64,000 bases of DNA from Botryllus schlosseri (taxonomy: Eukaryota). The stretch is from contig CM119371.1 in NCBI GenBank assembly GCA_051294905.1, positions 28,770,001-28,834,000 of the forward strand, given 5' to 3'. A model generated the notes under the pieces. That model was not told the DNA's origin. It was given only the letters and a program-made list of their open reading frames with translations, and did no database searches. Positions 13,934 through 25,698 of the stretch are shown in pieces; position 1 is the first letter of the stretch; every line of letters begins with the position of its first letter. Position numbers and translations under genes: made by a program.

Positions 13934-14200
13934 ATGAGGATAACGAATGGGATAATCGCGTCATGCATATTGGGGATTATTTTGGCTGCGGATCAACACG
14001 AGGAAATGCGCTGCAAAGTACGGCCAGGTTGTCATCTTGCTAAATGCGATCCCGGACCGCTGTTTCCTAGTTTGAACGCAAATGAATATCCTGTTACTTG
14101 CGTGAGGTCATCCGTTCAAGACGAGGATGAATACAAGGAATTGAAAAGCGAAATGAGAATCATGCGAACACCTACTTCCATTGTGTGCATCTGTATATAG
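13934..14200 (+). CDS. Possible first exon of a secreted protein (signal-peptide-like start, Cys-containing segment, heptad-like end)
   Basis: MRITNGIIASCILGIILAADQHEEMRC...YKELKSEMRIMR. I found no convincing splice donor. Confidence 0.35.
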   Translation: MRITNGIIASCILGIILAADQHEEMRCKVRPGCHLAKCDPGPLFPSLNANEYPVTCVRSSVQDEDEYKELKSEMRIMRTPTSIVCICI

Positions 14201-15844
14201 GTTTCCATTCAAAACAAATTATGTTTTAAAACAATTTGTTTGTAACATGTTTTGAACGGTGGTTTAAAAATGACATTTTTTTTTCAATTTGTATAATTAT
14301 GACATAATTGTGTAAATACGTTCGAAAATGATGTGGTACGAACCTACAGGCGATTTGCACTTGATATAGTCAACGTATGCGATATGGAATGGTTGAAACC
14401 CTAAAAATTGTCGTCGGTTTAACAATTATTATAGCACGTAGATTGAATTTCAGTGTTTACCGCCGGAGTGCTATGGTAGGGGAGATCGGGGACAAATGTG
14501 ACTAGGGGCAAATGTAATAATCGATCTCACCGCTAGTAGGGTGGAGAAATCAGCTTGATAGTTTAATGGCATGCAGTAGTTAGCTCTCCTAATATACCTG
14601 GAGTTACGTTGAGCTACGACGCGAAACCCCGGAATAATTTGACAAAAACGAAATTTTTGACCCATGAGTAAATATTTTCTGGTCTGGAATAATTTGTTTA
14701 GACGAATAGTACCTCAAGTAGTTAAAACGTAATATATGTAGCTGGAACAATGTTACGATAGTCTACCGTGATGATGGAAAGACTAGGACTTGCATCGCCG
14801 GGAAGGTACCATACTGAGACACTAATCATGGTCGAGCGTGTCAGGGGCAATCGTAACACTCTGTTACTTTTGACCCGTTACAATATGTTATCAATTATGA
14901 ATGTCTTTGTTCATATGTTGGTATTACCATTCATCTACTGCAGAATAATCTTGGAACTGCCAGAAGCTCACCAGAACAGATACTACCTTGCGATACCAAT
15001 TATAACATGATCATCTGTCGAAACGGCCATACAAGAGTGGTGATGTGAACCTTACGGTTCGGTTATTTCCGTGATTCAACCACCCTTTCCAAATAATCCC
15101 GTGTGTATATAGGCCTATATTATACGTTCCTACATCGCTGACGACATACGATATAAAGAAACTGGGGATATCATATTGGTACATCAGGGCTGTTTAAATG
15201 GATAATCTCATCCAAAATAATTAGAATATATACGCCGGAACATTTCCACACATCTAAAATAGAATATCACTTGAGAGGTTGGTAAAGTTGCGAATGTATG
15301 GAAAGAGTATCAAATATGGTATGGAAGAATGTTGGTATGGTATGGTAAATTGTCAAGTATGGTATGGAACGATTGGGCGGGTATGGAGTATGGAAAATTC
15401 TCATTCCATTCCATACCATACCATACCATGCCCTGCGCGTAAGTTCGCCGAAGCGAGAAGATTTGCATTATCGGCATTAACCATGTACTCAACCCTAATG
15501 AATTGATATCTTGGTAAATTTGGGGTAGGCTACCGGGCTTATAGAGCGCCTTGAAATCTTATTTATGGATTGCACCGTGTGTTAATTGATCAGAGAGAAG
15601 CAGACATGGCGGCGCCTGTATAGCAACACTGTTCTCAAATCCACATAGTCTTCGTCAATATCGGCGAGATATGGTTTTGCAGTGGCATTGCTGTCGGTAA
15701 AATACCTTCATTAAATACGATTTATTCCTTGTATATGTGGATAAATGGGCGAATATTGTATCGATTCAGCAATCCGGCCCGCCATGTACTTACTTTTCCT
15801 ATATCCGGCCCGCCGACTGGAGGAGTTGCCCGCCCCTGCTCTAA

Positions 15845-16230
15845 ATCACGATTTTGAACGTAGTCTCTTTCTATAGAAAGAATGGATAGAGCTGATAGCC
15901 GATCATCATTCATGGTCGAACGTAAATAAGACTTTATCAGTTTGAGCTTTGAGAAGCTCCTCTCACAGCTCGCAATTGAAACGCCAATGGCCAGACAAAG
16001 TTTCAGACACGAGCATTTTATATACGGTGTCGAATCAGTAGGTGTGATTTAACTAACCATTGTAAAGCATCAAACGCTGTTGGATTACGATCAAACGTGG
16101 TTTCACTGCTCCGCACCAGCCTCTTAAATCTGTCAATTTCCGCAGCTAACTCGAAAAAGTCTACCTCGTCATTATAAGTGATTTTAAAAGCGCTGGTGAA
16201 TAAATTGTGCGTGGGGTCACGTTTCATTTT
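15845..16230 (-). pseudogene. hAT transposase remnant (ZMYM1-like dimerisation domain)
   Basis: CLKLCLAIGVSIASCERSFSKLKLIKSYLRSTMNDDRLSALSILSIERD. It is frameshifted relative to the upstream piece and truncated. Confidence 0.85.
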
Positions 16231-17144
16231 CGAGTCCTAATTAACACTTGTATAAATTTAAGCACAATCTGTCATTTAAACGTTGACAATTATTACCAAC
16301 TTAAACGTGCCTAGGACTGGTTTATCTTCTACAGTTTTCTCGGTCTGCTGTATACCAAATCGTGACCATGAATATATTACTGACCTACGAATAGATGCAC
16401 AATTCAGCCTACGGCCAACAGCAACCAAAATCATTTCGATTGTAATAACTGGAAGTTCATGCTGAAGTATCCAAGTATTCCAGCAGTGTCATACGTCGTA
16501 TGCCTTTGGAAAAGGTGTGTATTAAGGTCGGACATACTATGCAGGCTTACATTAAATAGAAAAGCATTCTTTCTCCAGTTCTCTGTAGTATCACAAATAT
16601 AACCGCGGAATTGTTTGAAGCGAGCCCGGAATAGTTATAATATTCCCCACCATAGTGGAACTTAAACGCCAGCAATCACACAGTGCGGATGCGGGAATTC
16701 GATCATTGGGTTTCGCGGCGTGAGTGTGACAGCGGAAATACACAAGCGTATGATCTTCCAGTGCTGTCGCAACAGATTGAACAGGACTATGACTCTAGGA
16801 TAAGAGGTGGGCCACAGAGCATTTTCAAACCAGAAAATGGGCCACACCCAAAACAAGGCTGAGATCTCCTGACTAAGAGTTAGACAATCAGAGCACTGGT
16901 AAGGGTTTCCGCCGCTTACCACGAACAAAAAACTCTGACTCGCCGGGACTCACACCACCTCCTCCTGGCTCAGTTGCATTGCTGCAGTGCGCGCCGAAGC
17001 GCCAATCTCCGCGCCGAGACTCGGGAATATTAACTATATATTCCTGTTGAGCCTCCGCGTGGGCGAAGACGAGCAACGCCCCGAGCGACTGCGTTCGTAT
17101 GTTCATTGGGGTCGACCGACCCATGTTCAACTGCTGCTCATATG

Positions 17145-18458
17145 CAGGCCCGTAACAGCACTTCGTCAGGCCCCCCAAAACGTTGGCCGTGGGCCCCCCA
17201 TAGGGTGATAAACCTAACTTCTGGGGGGCTTCGCCCCCCAGACCCCCCTTTGGCTGGCCGCTTTTTGACGCTATTTTACATCTGCACTGGGTGTCCGTTT
17301 AGTGAAACAGCTTTTCCCGCCTAGACGCGCGAAGCGCCAAAAATTTCAGAAAATCATGATTGAATCAGGCAATATGATCGGGAATTACATATATATTGCT
17401 ATCAATTTTGATCCTCTCCCTGCTCACGTAATCAGATTTACCGGTAGAGCTGAGCGAGGTATGTTTTAAAACGTAGGACCGCCCAATAATAATTAGACAT
17501 CTTCGGGCGTATACCCGTTGGCAGGAACGAAACAGCACTTCGTCAGCCTCGCCCCCCCACAAAAACTTGGGTTTGGGGGTCTCATAGGGTGATAAACCGA
17601 CCCCCTCATCGCAGTGTTCGCTTTTGCCACGAACTTAGCTGGACTGTTTAGTGAGCCAGCTCGAAGCGCGAAAATTTTCGATAATTCATGATACAATCGG
17701 TCAATTGGATCGGGAATTGCTAATATATTGCTATCAATATCTTGTCCTCTCTGCTCACGTTATCAGATTTACCGGAGACTGTAGGGCCCGTAAATAATAA
17801 TTAAACATCTTCGGGCGGCCGGACCCGTTGGTATGACTTCGTTACATGATTTTATTTCGTGACCTCCTGTCTGCTATATCAAAAATATAGAATCGCTCAA
17901 ACGTACTAAACTAAAAGACGCACACGATTTCAAATTGGTATTTCTTCACAGGCATATATTTTTTTTACTGCTGGATGGTATTTGTCTTCTGAGGTTCAGA
18001 TTGCCAAGACAGGAAGCAACATATGGCGCCAGTCATCTAGGCGCCTATGGACAATTAAACCTATTATTTTGTATATATAACGAAGTTTTCGGTCTGCGTA
18101 AGGGCAGTCTGTTTCGGCTAAGATTTTCGCGCTGCCGATCGTTCTGGCACACTTCTTGGAGTCGCATGTAATAAGTCCTAAATCGTTATATATCTTGGTG
18201 AGTAGTGGCGTATTAATGGCCAACGCCGATATGTCCATTTCTATAAATCTTTCGTGTTTTTTCTTGGGGGAAGAGTACCAAATAATCAAGATATTTGGCA
18301 ACTTTAAATCGCGCGCAGCGCGAAAAATTCTGGAAAAAATTGCATAAATTTTCAAAAAATACTCTATAATTTATGCTAATTCACGAAATAATTTGGGGCC
18401 CCCTTCGAGCTCGGGCCCCCCCAATTGGGGGGTTTGGGGTGCGGCAGTTACGGTGCTG
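17145..18458 (+). mobile_element. hAT-type MITE (cagg.ccgtaac family)
   Basis: Ends caggcccgtaac and gttacggtgctg. Perfect TSD ctcatatg at 17137-17144 and 18459-18466. Further copies or fragments near 10460-10950, 39396-40639, 41283-43650 and 49060-49380. Confidence 0.85.
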
Positions 18459-19224
18459 CTCATATGAAACCAGTTTCAACTTTCAAATCTCTCATTTGGA
18501 GATTTGCTACAGCGACCGCGGGTGACTCATTTTGTCCGCGTTGGTGACCCCTGTAATAGAGACATTTAAATCACGAAGCTCGAAGAACATTTTCAAGAAT
18601 TAATTTAATCTCTCGAAAATACTCTATAACAGGAGTGGGCAAACTTTTGTGCTCGCGGGCCGCATTCAACATCTGAATCCATTCGCGGGCCGCAGCACTA
18701 TATAAAATTGGGATTATAAACCAAAACTAAATATTGGTGTTTGATTATATAGTGACGACATGGAGACAATATATATGCTTATTTAGAACAAAACAAACAT
18801 TGCTATTGATGATATCGTACACGCGTCAAAAACAGTGGCGAGATTTCATAGGCTGGTGTAGCTCAATAACCAATTTGTCAAAACTATAGAGATGATTGTC
18901 AGTTGTCCCGTGTCCCCCTTATCGTCATATCACAAAACGCAACCATGAAGCTAGCAAGCCTAACGAATAGTTTGATGGCATGGAAGGTTACGACTGTTTT
19001 AAATATGAAATTCAGATTAAATACAGAGCAATAATTAGGAATTGGATTGAGACAAGCTTCGCGCCTCCCTTCAGATGCTTTCACGCCCCTCAGTTTGAGA
19101 ACCACTTCCTTAGAATTATCATGGTGTAATATACTAAGAAAAAGTTTAATCAAGTCCCTGCAGTAGTGAGGCTAAGGAACTTTGGCGCCCGCCAATCCCA
19201 GAAGACCACGTCGCCTTAATTGTC

Positions 19225-19405
19225 ACGCCTACATTGCCACATCATCCGCCCATTGCCGCACCTATAGCACACCCATTGCCACACCTATAGGACGCCCCTT
19301 GCCACATCATCAGCCACGCCCATTGCTACACCATTTGATACGTCATCAGCCACGCGCATTGCCACATCACTCGCCTATATAACGCCCATTGCTACATCAT
19401 CATGA
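19225..19405. repeat. Subterminal iterated motif cccattgc(c/t)aca (mirror copy 33590-33770)
   Basis: About 7 imperfect copies at roughly 20-40 bp spacing, close to each terminus. Confidence 0.75.
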
Positions 19406-19651
19406 TTATGCGTACTGAGCTGTTTTTGAGAACATGAATTCTCGCGTAATACACTAAACGTTGAACTAGATTTCATAACGTCACCACAGAAGAATTAGGC
19501 AACTATCTTGCTCTAGGTTCTAGGTTCGATCCCTGTAGTCGCCGCATTTCATACGATTAAGCGCTTTTCATATCTCCTAACACTTTACTCAGTCTCATTG
19601 AAATAGCCTTGTATAGTGTACGAGTTCATTTTATTTCGTAAAAAGAGCATA

Positions 19652-20158
19652 TCAATGATATCGCTGATCGTTATTGCGTCGATTCGCGTTCTGAAATCCT
19701 CCAGGTCGGTTGATGTTTCGAGGTACACCGCTTTGCTGCCATCCGACGCCGCGATCCGAGTTCTTGCGTTCGATCTGGCCGTTTTGTTTGATGTAGCGAT
19801 CACTGGCTTGTAGTATATACGATACGAGCGGAAGGTCAGGATTAGGAACAACTACGCTGGGCGAATAGATGACAAATTCATCAGCCGGATTCAGAGGTTG
19901 ATAATGCTCGATCCCATCGCGAGTATACGTAACGACCAAACCTCCTTCATGCTTCAGAGTGGCTCGATATTTCTGAATGGTCCCACTTGTGGAATGTACA
20001 AAGAGTTGATCCGAGGTCAATTCTGCTCCATTCGAGGCTTCGATACGTAATTTTGTGATGTCATTAAAAAGATACAAGTCTTTTCTATAGGGCCCCTGGG
20101 GCAGAATAGTATCTCCACGGATTGCTAGACTCATTCTTTGAAAAGAAATATCATACAT
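19652..20158 (-). CDS. Orphan ORF2, left-arm copy (~160-180 aa, start codon uncertain)
   Basis: Intronless open frame directly downstream of and overlapping the BIR ORF. AATAAA follows on the minus strand at 19630-19635. Confidence 0.6.
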   Translation of the reverse strand: MYDISFQRMSLAIRGDTILPQGPYRKDLYLFNDITKLRIEASNGAELTSDQLFVHSTSGTIQKYRATLKHEGGLVVTYTRDGIEHYQPLNPADEFVIYSPSVVVPNPDLPLVSYILQASDRYIKQNGQIERKNSDRGVGWQQSGVPRNINRPGGFQNANRRNNDQRYH

Positions 20159-20732
20159 AAGTACAACAGTCATCACGCAATTCCACTTCACCATCAAATT
20201 TAGTCAAGCCTCTTCTTATATTAGGTGTCGCATAACAGACATTACGAATATATTGCAACCCCTTGCGCTTTATGAGAAAAGGACACGTAGGATAAAACTT
20301 TGCATGTTCGAGCCAGGGGTCATCGCACGGCAACCAATTTTGAAACAGCCCTCCGCATGAGAAACACTTTAAATGATCCTTATAGCCCAAATAGAACAAT
20401 CCGCAGTCTGCGAGCTCGGCTCCGGAGGTATTGATATTATCCGGCCACCGCATAAATGTGCTTAGTCTACGAGCATAGCGTACCATGTTATAGAAAACGG
20501 GATCATTCAATGGGGAGACAGTTACATCTCTATGCTTCGCATAGCATTCATAAATCTTTTCCCCTCTGTTATTTATCATAGCTTGGTACTGTTCAATGGG
20601 ACTCATCCGAGTTTCATCTTCGCTTATTTCTATGCTACTCGTGGTACCGATGCAAGCGCAGTTGAATGTAGCGTAATTTGTAGGATCCACACTACGCTTA
20701 GTTAGAGAATCGCTTTGATCAATGTTCGACAT
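20151..20732 (-). CDS. Single-BIR IAP-like protein, 193 aa, left-arm copy
   Basis: RLSTF..WP...LADCGLFYLGYKDHLKCFSCGGLFQNW...DDPWLEHAKFYPTCPFL, with the canonical CX2CX16HX6C pattern. No RING domain; intronless. Confidence 0.93.
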   Translation of the reverse strand: MSNIDQSDSLTKRSVDPTNYATFNCACIGTTSSIEISEDETRMSPIEQYQAMINNRGEKIYECYAKHRDVTVSPLNDPVFYNMVRYARRLSTFMRWPDNINTSGAELADCGLFYLGYKDHLKCFSCGGLFQNWLPCDDPWLEHAKFYPTCPFLIKRKGLQYIRNVCYATPNIRRGLTKFDGEVELRDDCCTYV

Positions 20733-22420
20733 TGCTATCCGAATTGATATACTCTCATGATCAGTATGCTTTATATAGATATTGAGCTATGCACCATCGA
20801 AAAATGTGCTTGGTACCAATCGAATGATAGGCCCACACACCTAATTTCGTAACTAACTACATAATCCCTAGTAACGTAGTAAGACGCATAACGGAATTTA
20901 CGCAAAATCGGTATTGCTCTGCGATAATTCCGATCACTATGTTTTGATAATGACGTGCTTCCGAGAAATAAATAACATTCATTTTACGTTAGATGATACT
21001 TTTCCTTGATATTCTATCATGTGTGTTTAGGACTAATGCAACATCACTATGTTTACGACATGTCTGATTTGAACACACTAATTTTGCGTATCACACCACA
21101 AACTGCGCAAGCCTTCAAAGTTGATAAGTAAACAAGTATTTGCACTCCATCAGAATACTAAAGTAGCTTTTCGCGTATATGTACCTGTAGCTAATACTAA
21201 AGTGCTTATGATTTCAGATTGCTTCAACTTCATGACATTTTCAGTATTAAACAGAAATATAGAACTAGAATACTAACTTTTATTCGTAAATAGCTACTTC
21301 TACCTTAATTTAATGGATTTATCTGAGATCATTGCTTTACTTAATCCCTCCAAAATGTGCATTGTACAAGTACCTCAGCATCGAAACCCTCTGGCTATAA
21401 CTATCTGGCGGTATAATTGCAGCAATACTCGAGTACTAATTTAAAAGTAGCTTAGGTATCTAAATGAGCTCTGAGTCGCTGTTATCTCGCATCTGACCAT
21501 GGAGTTAACACCGGTATTACCTTCGCTCACTGATGAAAAAGATGAAAGTTATTAAAGAAAGCAGATTTGTATGAAAACTCGTTAAATAGAAGTAAAAGTA
21601 GCCTTGAAACATAACTACTTACTGAAAAATCGTTACGTAGAAGTGGGGTTAGTCTACGAACATAAACACCTACTTACTTTTAATCTCAACTTGTACTTGT
21701 ATTCGTACTTTACCTTTACACGGCGTTTTTGTATAATGTATACTAATTTTATTAAAAATAAACCAAAAGGACAAATATAATTGATCAAATTCATTCATTT
21801 ATGCAAAAAATTGAGAGTCTTGTCGTGATGGTCCGTTTCGAAATGCAAGCGGATGAACTAGACCAAAAGTTTCGAAGATGCGTTTTATAATTGCTCTAGG
21901 TGTGAAATAGACATCGCACTCTTGCGGGGAAACAACATGAATTCAGTCTTCACACCACAGAAACACAGCCGCTTGGTTAACATCACAAAACCGCAATTGA
22001 ACTCAAGATTGTCATACACGGAATCGCTGTTAACGATGTCTGACTGCGGCGTTTCGACGAGTAACGAATTCTCGTATTTAGTATTGATTGTGACACATAG
22101 TCAAAACAGCGACAGTTTTCACAACCCGGTACATACATTGAACCAACTGATGTAAGGTGAAACACTACGTTCGCAGCAAAAAAAAAGTTTGCAGGGCATG
22201 ACCACCACCAACATATAGAGTAGTGAGTGAGTAATTAAACTACATACCCCGATTTTACTATATTCCGAGATCCGGATCACGATTCAAGTCTACCTGAGAA
22301 TCCGAACTACCCTGTGAAGTTGATATATCAAGTTGTGAACCGTGAAAGGGTTGTAATCTCGGTGAAATAGTGTGCGACACATTTTTCCACAAGTCGAATG
22401 CATGTCGGTTCATACTAAGA

Positions 22421-22625
22421 CCATTAGGAATTTGCACAATGACAGGTTATTGAAACCGATGCCAAAACTCAGTATAATAGATTGATATTGATCGCGTGTA
22501 TGTTTGACATATATGCAGCATCTTGGATCGGCGGTGGAGCACTGAATGGCACTGCAGAAGTCATCTACTCTCCTAAGCTTGGACTGATCTGGGCTATTGC
22601 GCCACTGTGTTACGGGTTTAGTGTT
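22421..22625 (+). pseudogene. SLC5A7: Captured fragment of a high-affinity choline transporter (SLC5A7/CHT1-like) gene: exon end, 73-bp intron, truncated exon
   Basis: Splicing gt(22446)..ag(22518) gives PLGICTMTASWIGGGALNGTAEVIYSPKLGLIWAIAPLCYGFSV, matching the CHT1 motif TMTATWVGGGYINGTAE as recalled from memory. Confidence 0.85.
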
Positions 22626-23044
22626 CAAGTACTTTATCTTTACACGACGTTTTTTGTAAAATGAATACTAATTTTATTAAAAAAATAAAAAATAAAAAAG
22701 AGCGAAAAATTACATTATATCCCGGAACGCAACAAGAAAAGTCGTATGAATTTGTAAACTACTTGTTCATGACATAATAATAATTCTACTTGTACACTTT
22801 TTCACATTTTATAACACTTTAAGTAATACTTAACAGTTTCAGTTTTAAATAAAATACGGAATATAAACTAATCGAAAAATTCGGTAACCAATTTCGCGTA
22901 GGCTATGCATGCATACAAATGAGGAAAGTTACATCAACGCGTGTTAAAGTAGCTGTATCGAGTTATCGAATGATTTTCTCCTTACATCAAAACAACTAGA
23001 ATGTATAACTAAATTAAAAAACGTATCTAAATGAGCTCCAGGGC

Positions 23045-24600
23045 ATTGTGATTATGCTGCATACCAAATTTCATCACACATTTCATGATGGAACAACTTT
23101 AAAACTAACGCATTTCTATAGCAACTTTTGCCTAAATCTGTTTTCGGTAGCGTGTACATATACATAGTCAGATTTAATGACAGAATTATCATGCTAATAT
23201 GTGACTCCTCACCTTGAAACTTGGTACGTAGTTGTAGGACATTGTGATTATGCAGCATACCAAATTTCCTCACGCATTTCATAATGGAACAACTTTAAAA
23301 CTAACGCGGTTCTACATCGACTTTTTGCGTACATCTGTTTTGCGTGGGGGGCGTAAAGCACGTACCTATACATGTCAACTTTAACAACGGAATTACCATG
23401 CTTAACATTGAATCCCAACTCGAAATTTGATACGTAGTTATAGGACATTATGGTAATGCACCATGCTAAATTTCATCACACATCTAATGATGGAGCACCT
23501 TTAAAACTAACGCAGTCGAATACCGACTTTTACGCATATCTGTTTTGCGCGAACATAGCATATACCTATACATAGTCAATTTTAATAGCGGAATTACCGT
23601 GTTAAACATTGAATTCCCACCTTGAAAGTTGGTACGCGGTTATAGGAGATTATAACAATGCACCATACCAAATCCCATCACACATTTCATGATGGAACAA
23701 CTTTAAAACTAACGCGGCTCTACATCGACTTTTTGCGTACATCTGTTTTGTGGGAGCGTATAGCACGTAGCCTACCCATACATAGCCAACTTTAATAACG
23801 GAATTACCATGCTTAACATTGAATCCCAACTCGAAACTTGATACGTAGTTATAGAACATTATGGCAATTCACCATGCTAAATTTCATCACACATCTAATG
23901 ATGGAACACCTTTGAAACTATCGCAGTCGAATACCAACTTTTACGCATATCTGTTTTTCGTGAACATAGCATATACCCATACATAGTCAATTTTAATAAC
24001 AGAATTAGCATGCTAAACATTAAATTCTCACCTTGAACGTTGATACGCGGTTGTAGGACATAATAACAATGCACCATACCAAATTTCGTCAGACATTTCA
24101 TGATGTAACACCTTTAAAACCAACGCAGTTCTATACAGACTTTTGGCTAAATCTGTTTTTCCGTAGCGTAGCACGTACCTATACATAGTCAACTTTAATA
24201 ACGGATTTAGCATGTTAATAATCGACTCCCCACCTTGAAACTCGGTATGCAGTTGTAAGACATTATGACAATGCACCATGTCAAATTTTGTTACGCATTT
24301 CATGATTGAACAACTTTAAAACTAACGCAGTTCCATACCGACTTTTGCGAGTGCGTAGCACGTACCTATATGCATACTCAACTTTCATAACGGAATTACC
24401 GAGCTAAACATTGAATGCGCAACTTGAAGATTGGTTCACAGGTGTAGGGCAGTATGACAATGGAACACATCAAATTTCATCACACATTTCATGATGGAAC
24501 ACCTTTAAAACTAACGCAGTTCTATACCAACTTCGCGTGAATCTGTTTGCGGGAGCGTAGCACGTACCTATGCGTGATCAACTTTAGTGATGGAATTACA
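23045..24600. repeat. Tandem array of ~190-210-bp diverged units (about 8), left arm
   Basis: The motif aaatttcatcacacatttcatgatggaacaactttaaaactaacgc recurs about every 200 bp. Confidence 0.9.
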
Positions 24601-25568
24601 TATGTAATTAAGTTTCAACACTTTTACAATGATTCGTCTTGCTTCCTATAACACCCCACTCGAGAAAATGCGTCGTAGGATATAGATGAAACTAGCACCA
24701 CTCATCAAGACCGCTGAAAACAGTACATTTCAACATTTAATAGCAGTAAATTTCTAGTAAAGTACAAGACGTGATGATTTCCGAGTGAGTTAAAAAGTAA
24801 GTATTGCAGGTATAGTTTACCTGAAAACCGAATACTCTGAAATAGAAGTAGATGCAGTGTAAATAGTTAATCACTTAATTAAGTTTAGTGCAAGCAGATA
24901 AAACCTATACTTGAGTAGTACAAAATGCACGAGTACTTCGCTATCGCCTCCCTCCACGTAATAAGTGTCTACGGTTTAAGACTGCTTTTACCGATACTCG
25001 TCGGTTTCAGTTTTAGATAGAATTCGGAAACCAAATAATTTCATAAACATAAGCTAATTTAATGAATTTACTCGAATGTACTATGCCGCGCTGATAAGAT
25101 TAATTATAATATACTTATCATGTTACAGCGATTTTTCTAGCGTAGAAATCTTTAAAATGTAGAAAGCAGGCCAAATGAAGATATTCGTTGAGCTGAATAA
25201 ACATAAAAAATACTCTAGACTACTTTATCGGTACTTTACAGTTACAGTTTTAGATAAAATTTGTCCCTTTCACCTATAATTACAACTCCTCGCTATCTAA
25301 ACATGTTTAGAATATATTATTTGCGATGATACGAACCCGTGAAGTACTCAAGTTGCTTTTCGTAGGATATAGATGAAACTGACAACACTCACCAAGACCA
25401 GTGATCCACTGAAAAAAGTACATTGTAGCAGTAAAGTCCTACTAAAGTACAAGAAGTAATGATTTCCCAGTTAGTTAAAAAGTAAGTATTGAGGTATAGT
25501 TTGCTCGAAAAAGCGAAAAACTCTGAAATAGAAGTAGATGCAGTGTAAATAGGTAATCACTTCATTAA

Positions 25569-25698
25569 GTATTCGTTTAGTTGTATAGACATAAAAAACA
25601 TTCCCGCGCGCTCTTAAACAAAACACTTCCTAACCCTACCACCTAATACTAAGACGCGCGCGGGAATGTTTTTTATGTCTATACAACTAAACGAATAC
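25569..25698. repeat. Perfect 43-bp-stem hairpin at the palindrome apex
   Basis: 25569-25611 is the exact reverse complement of 25656-25698. The loop includes cctaaccctaccacctaa. Confidence 0.95.

Noticed and set aside
16600..17140. GC-richer stretch with LLSLRVGE, suggestive of a tyrosine recombinase
   Set aside because: It is a single short motif with no other catalytic residues or long frame. BLASTX would be needed.
25629..25648. Telomeric repeat tract in the hairpin loop
   Set aside because: Only about one cctaaccct unit, too short to call a telomere seed.
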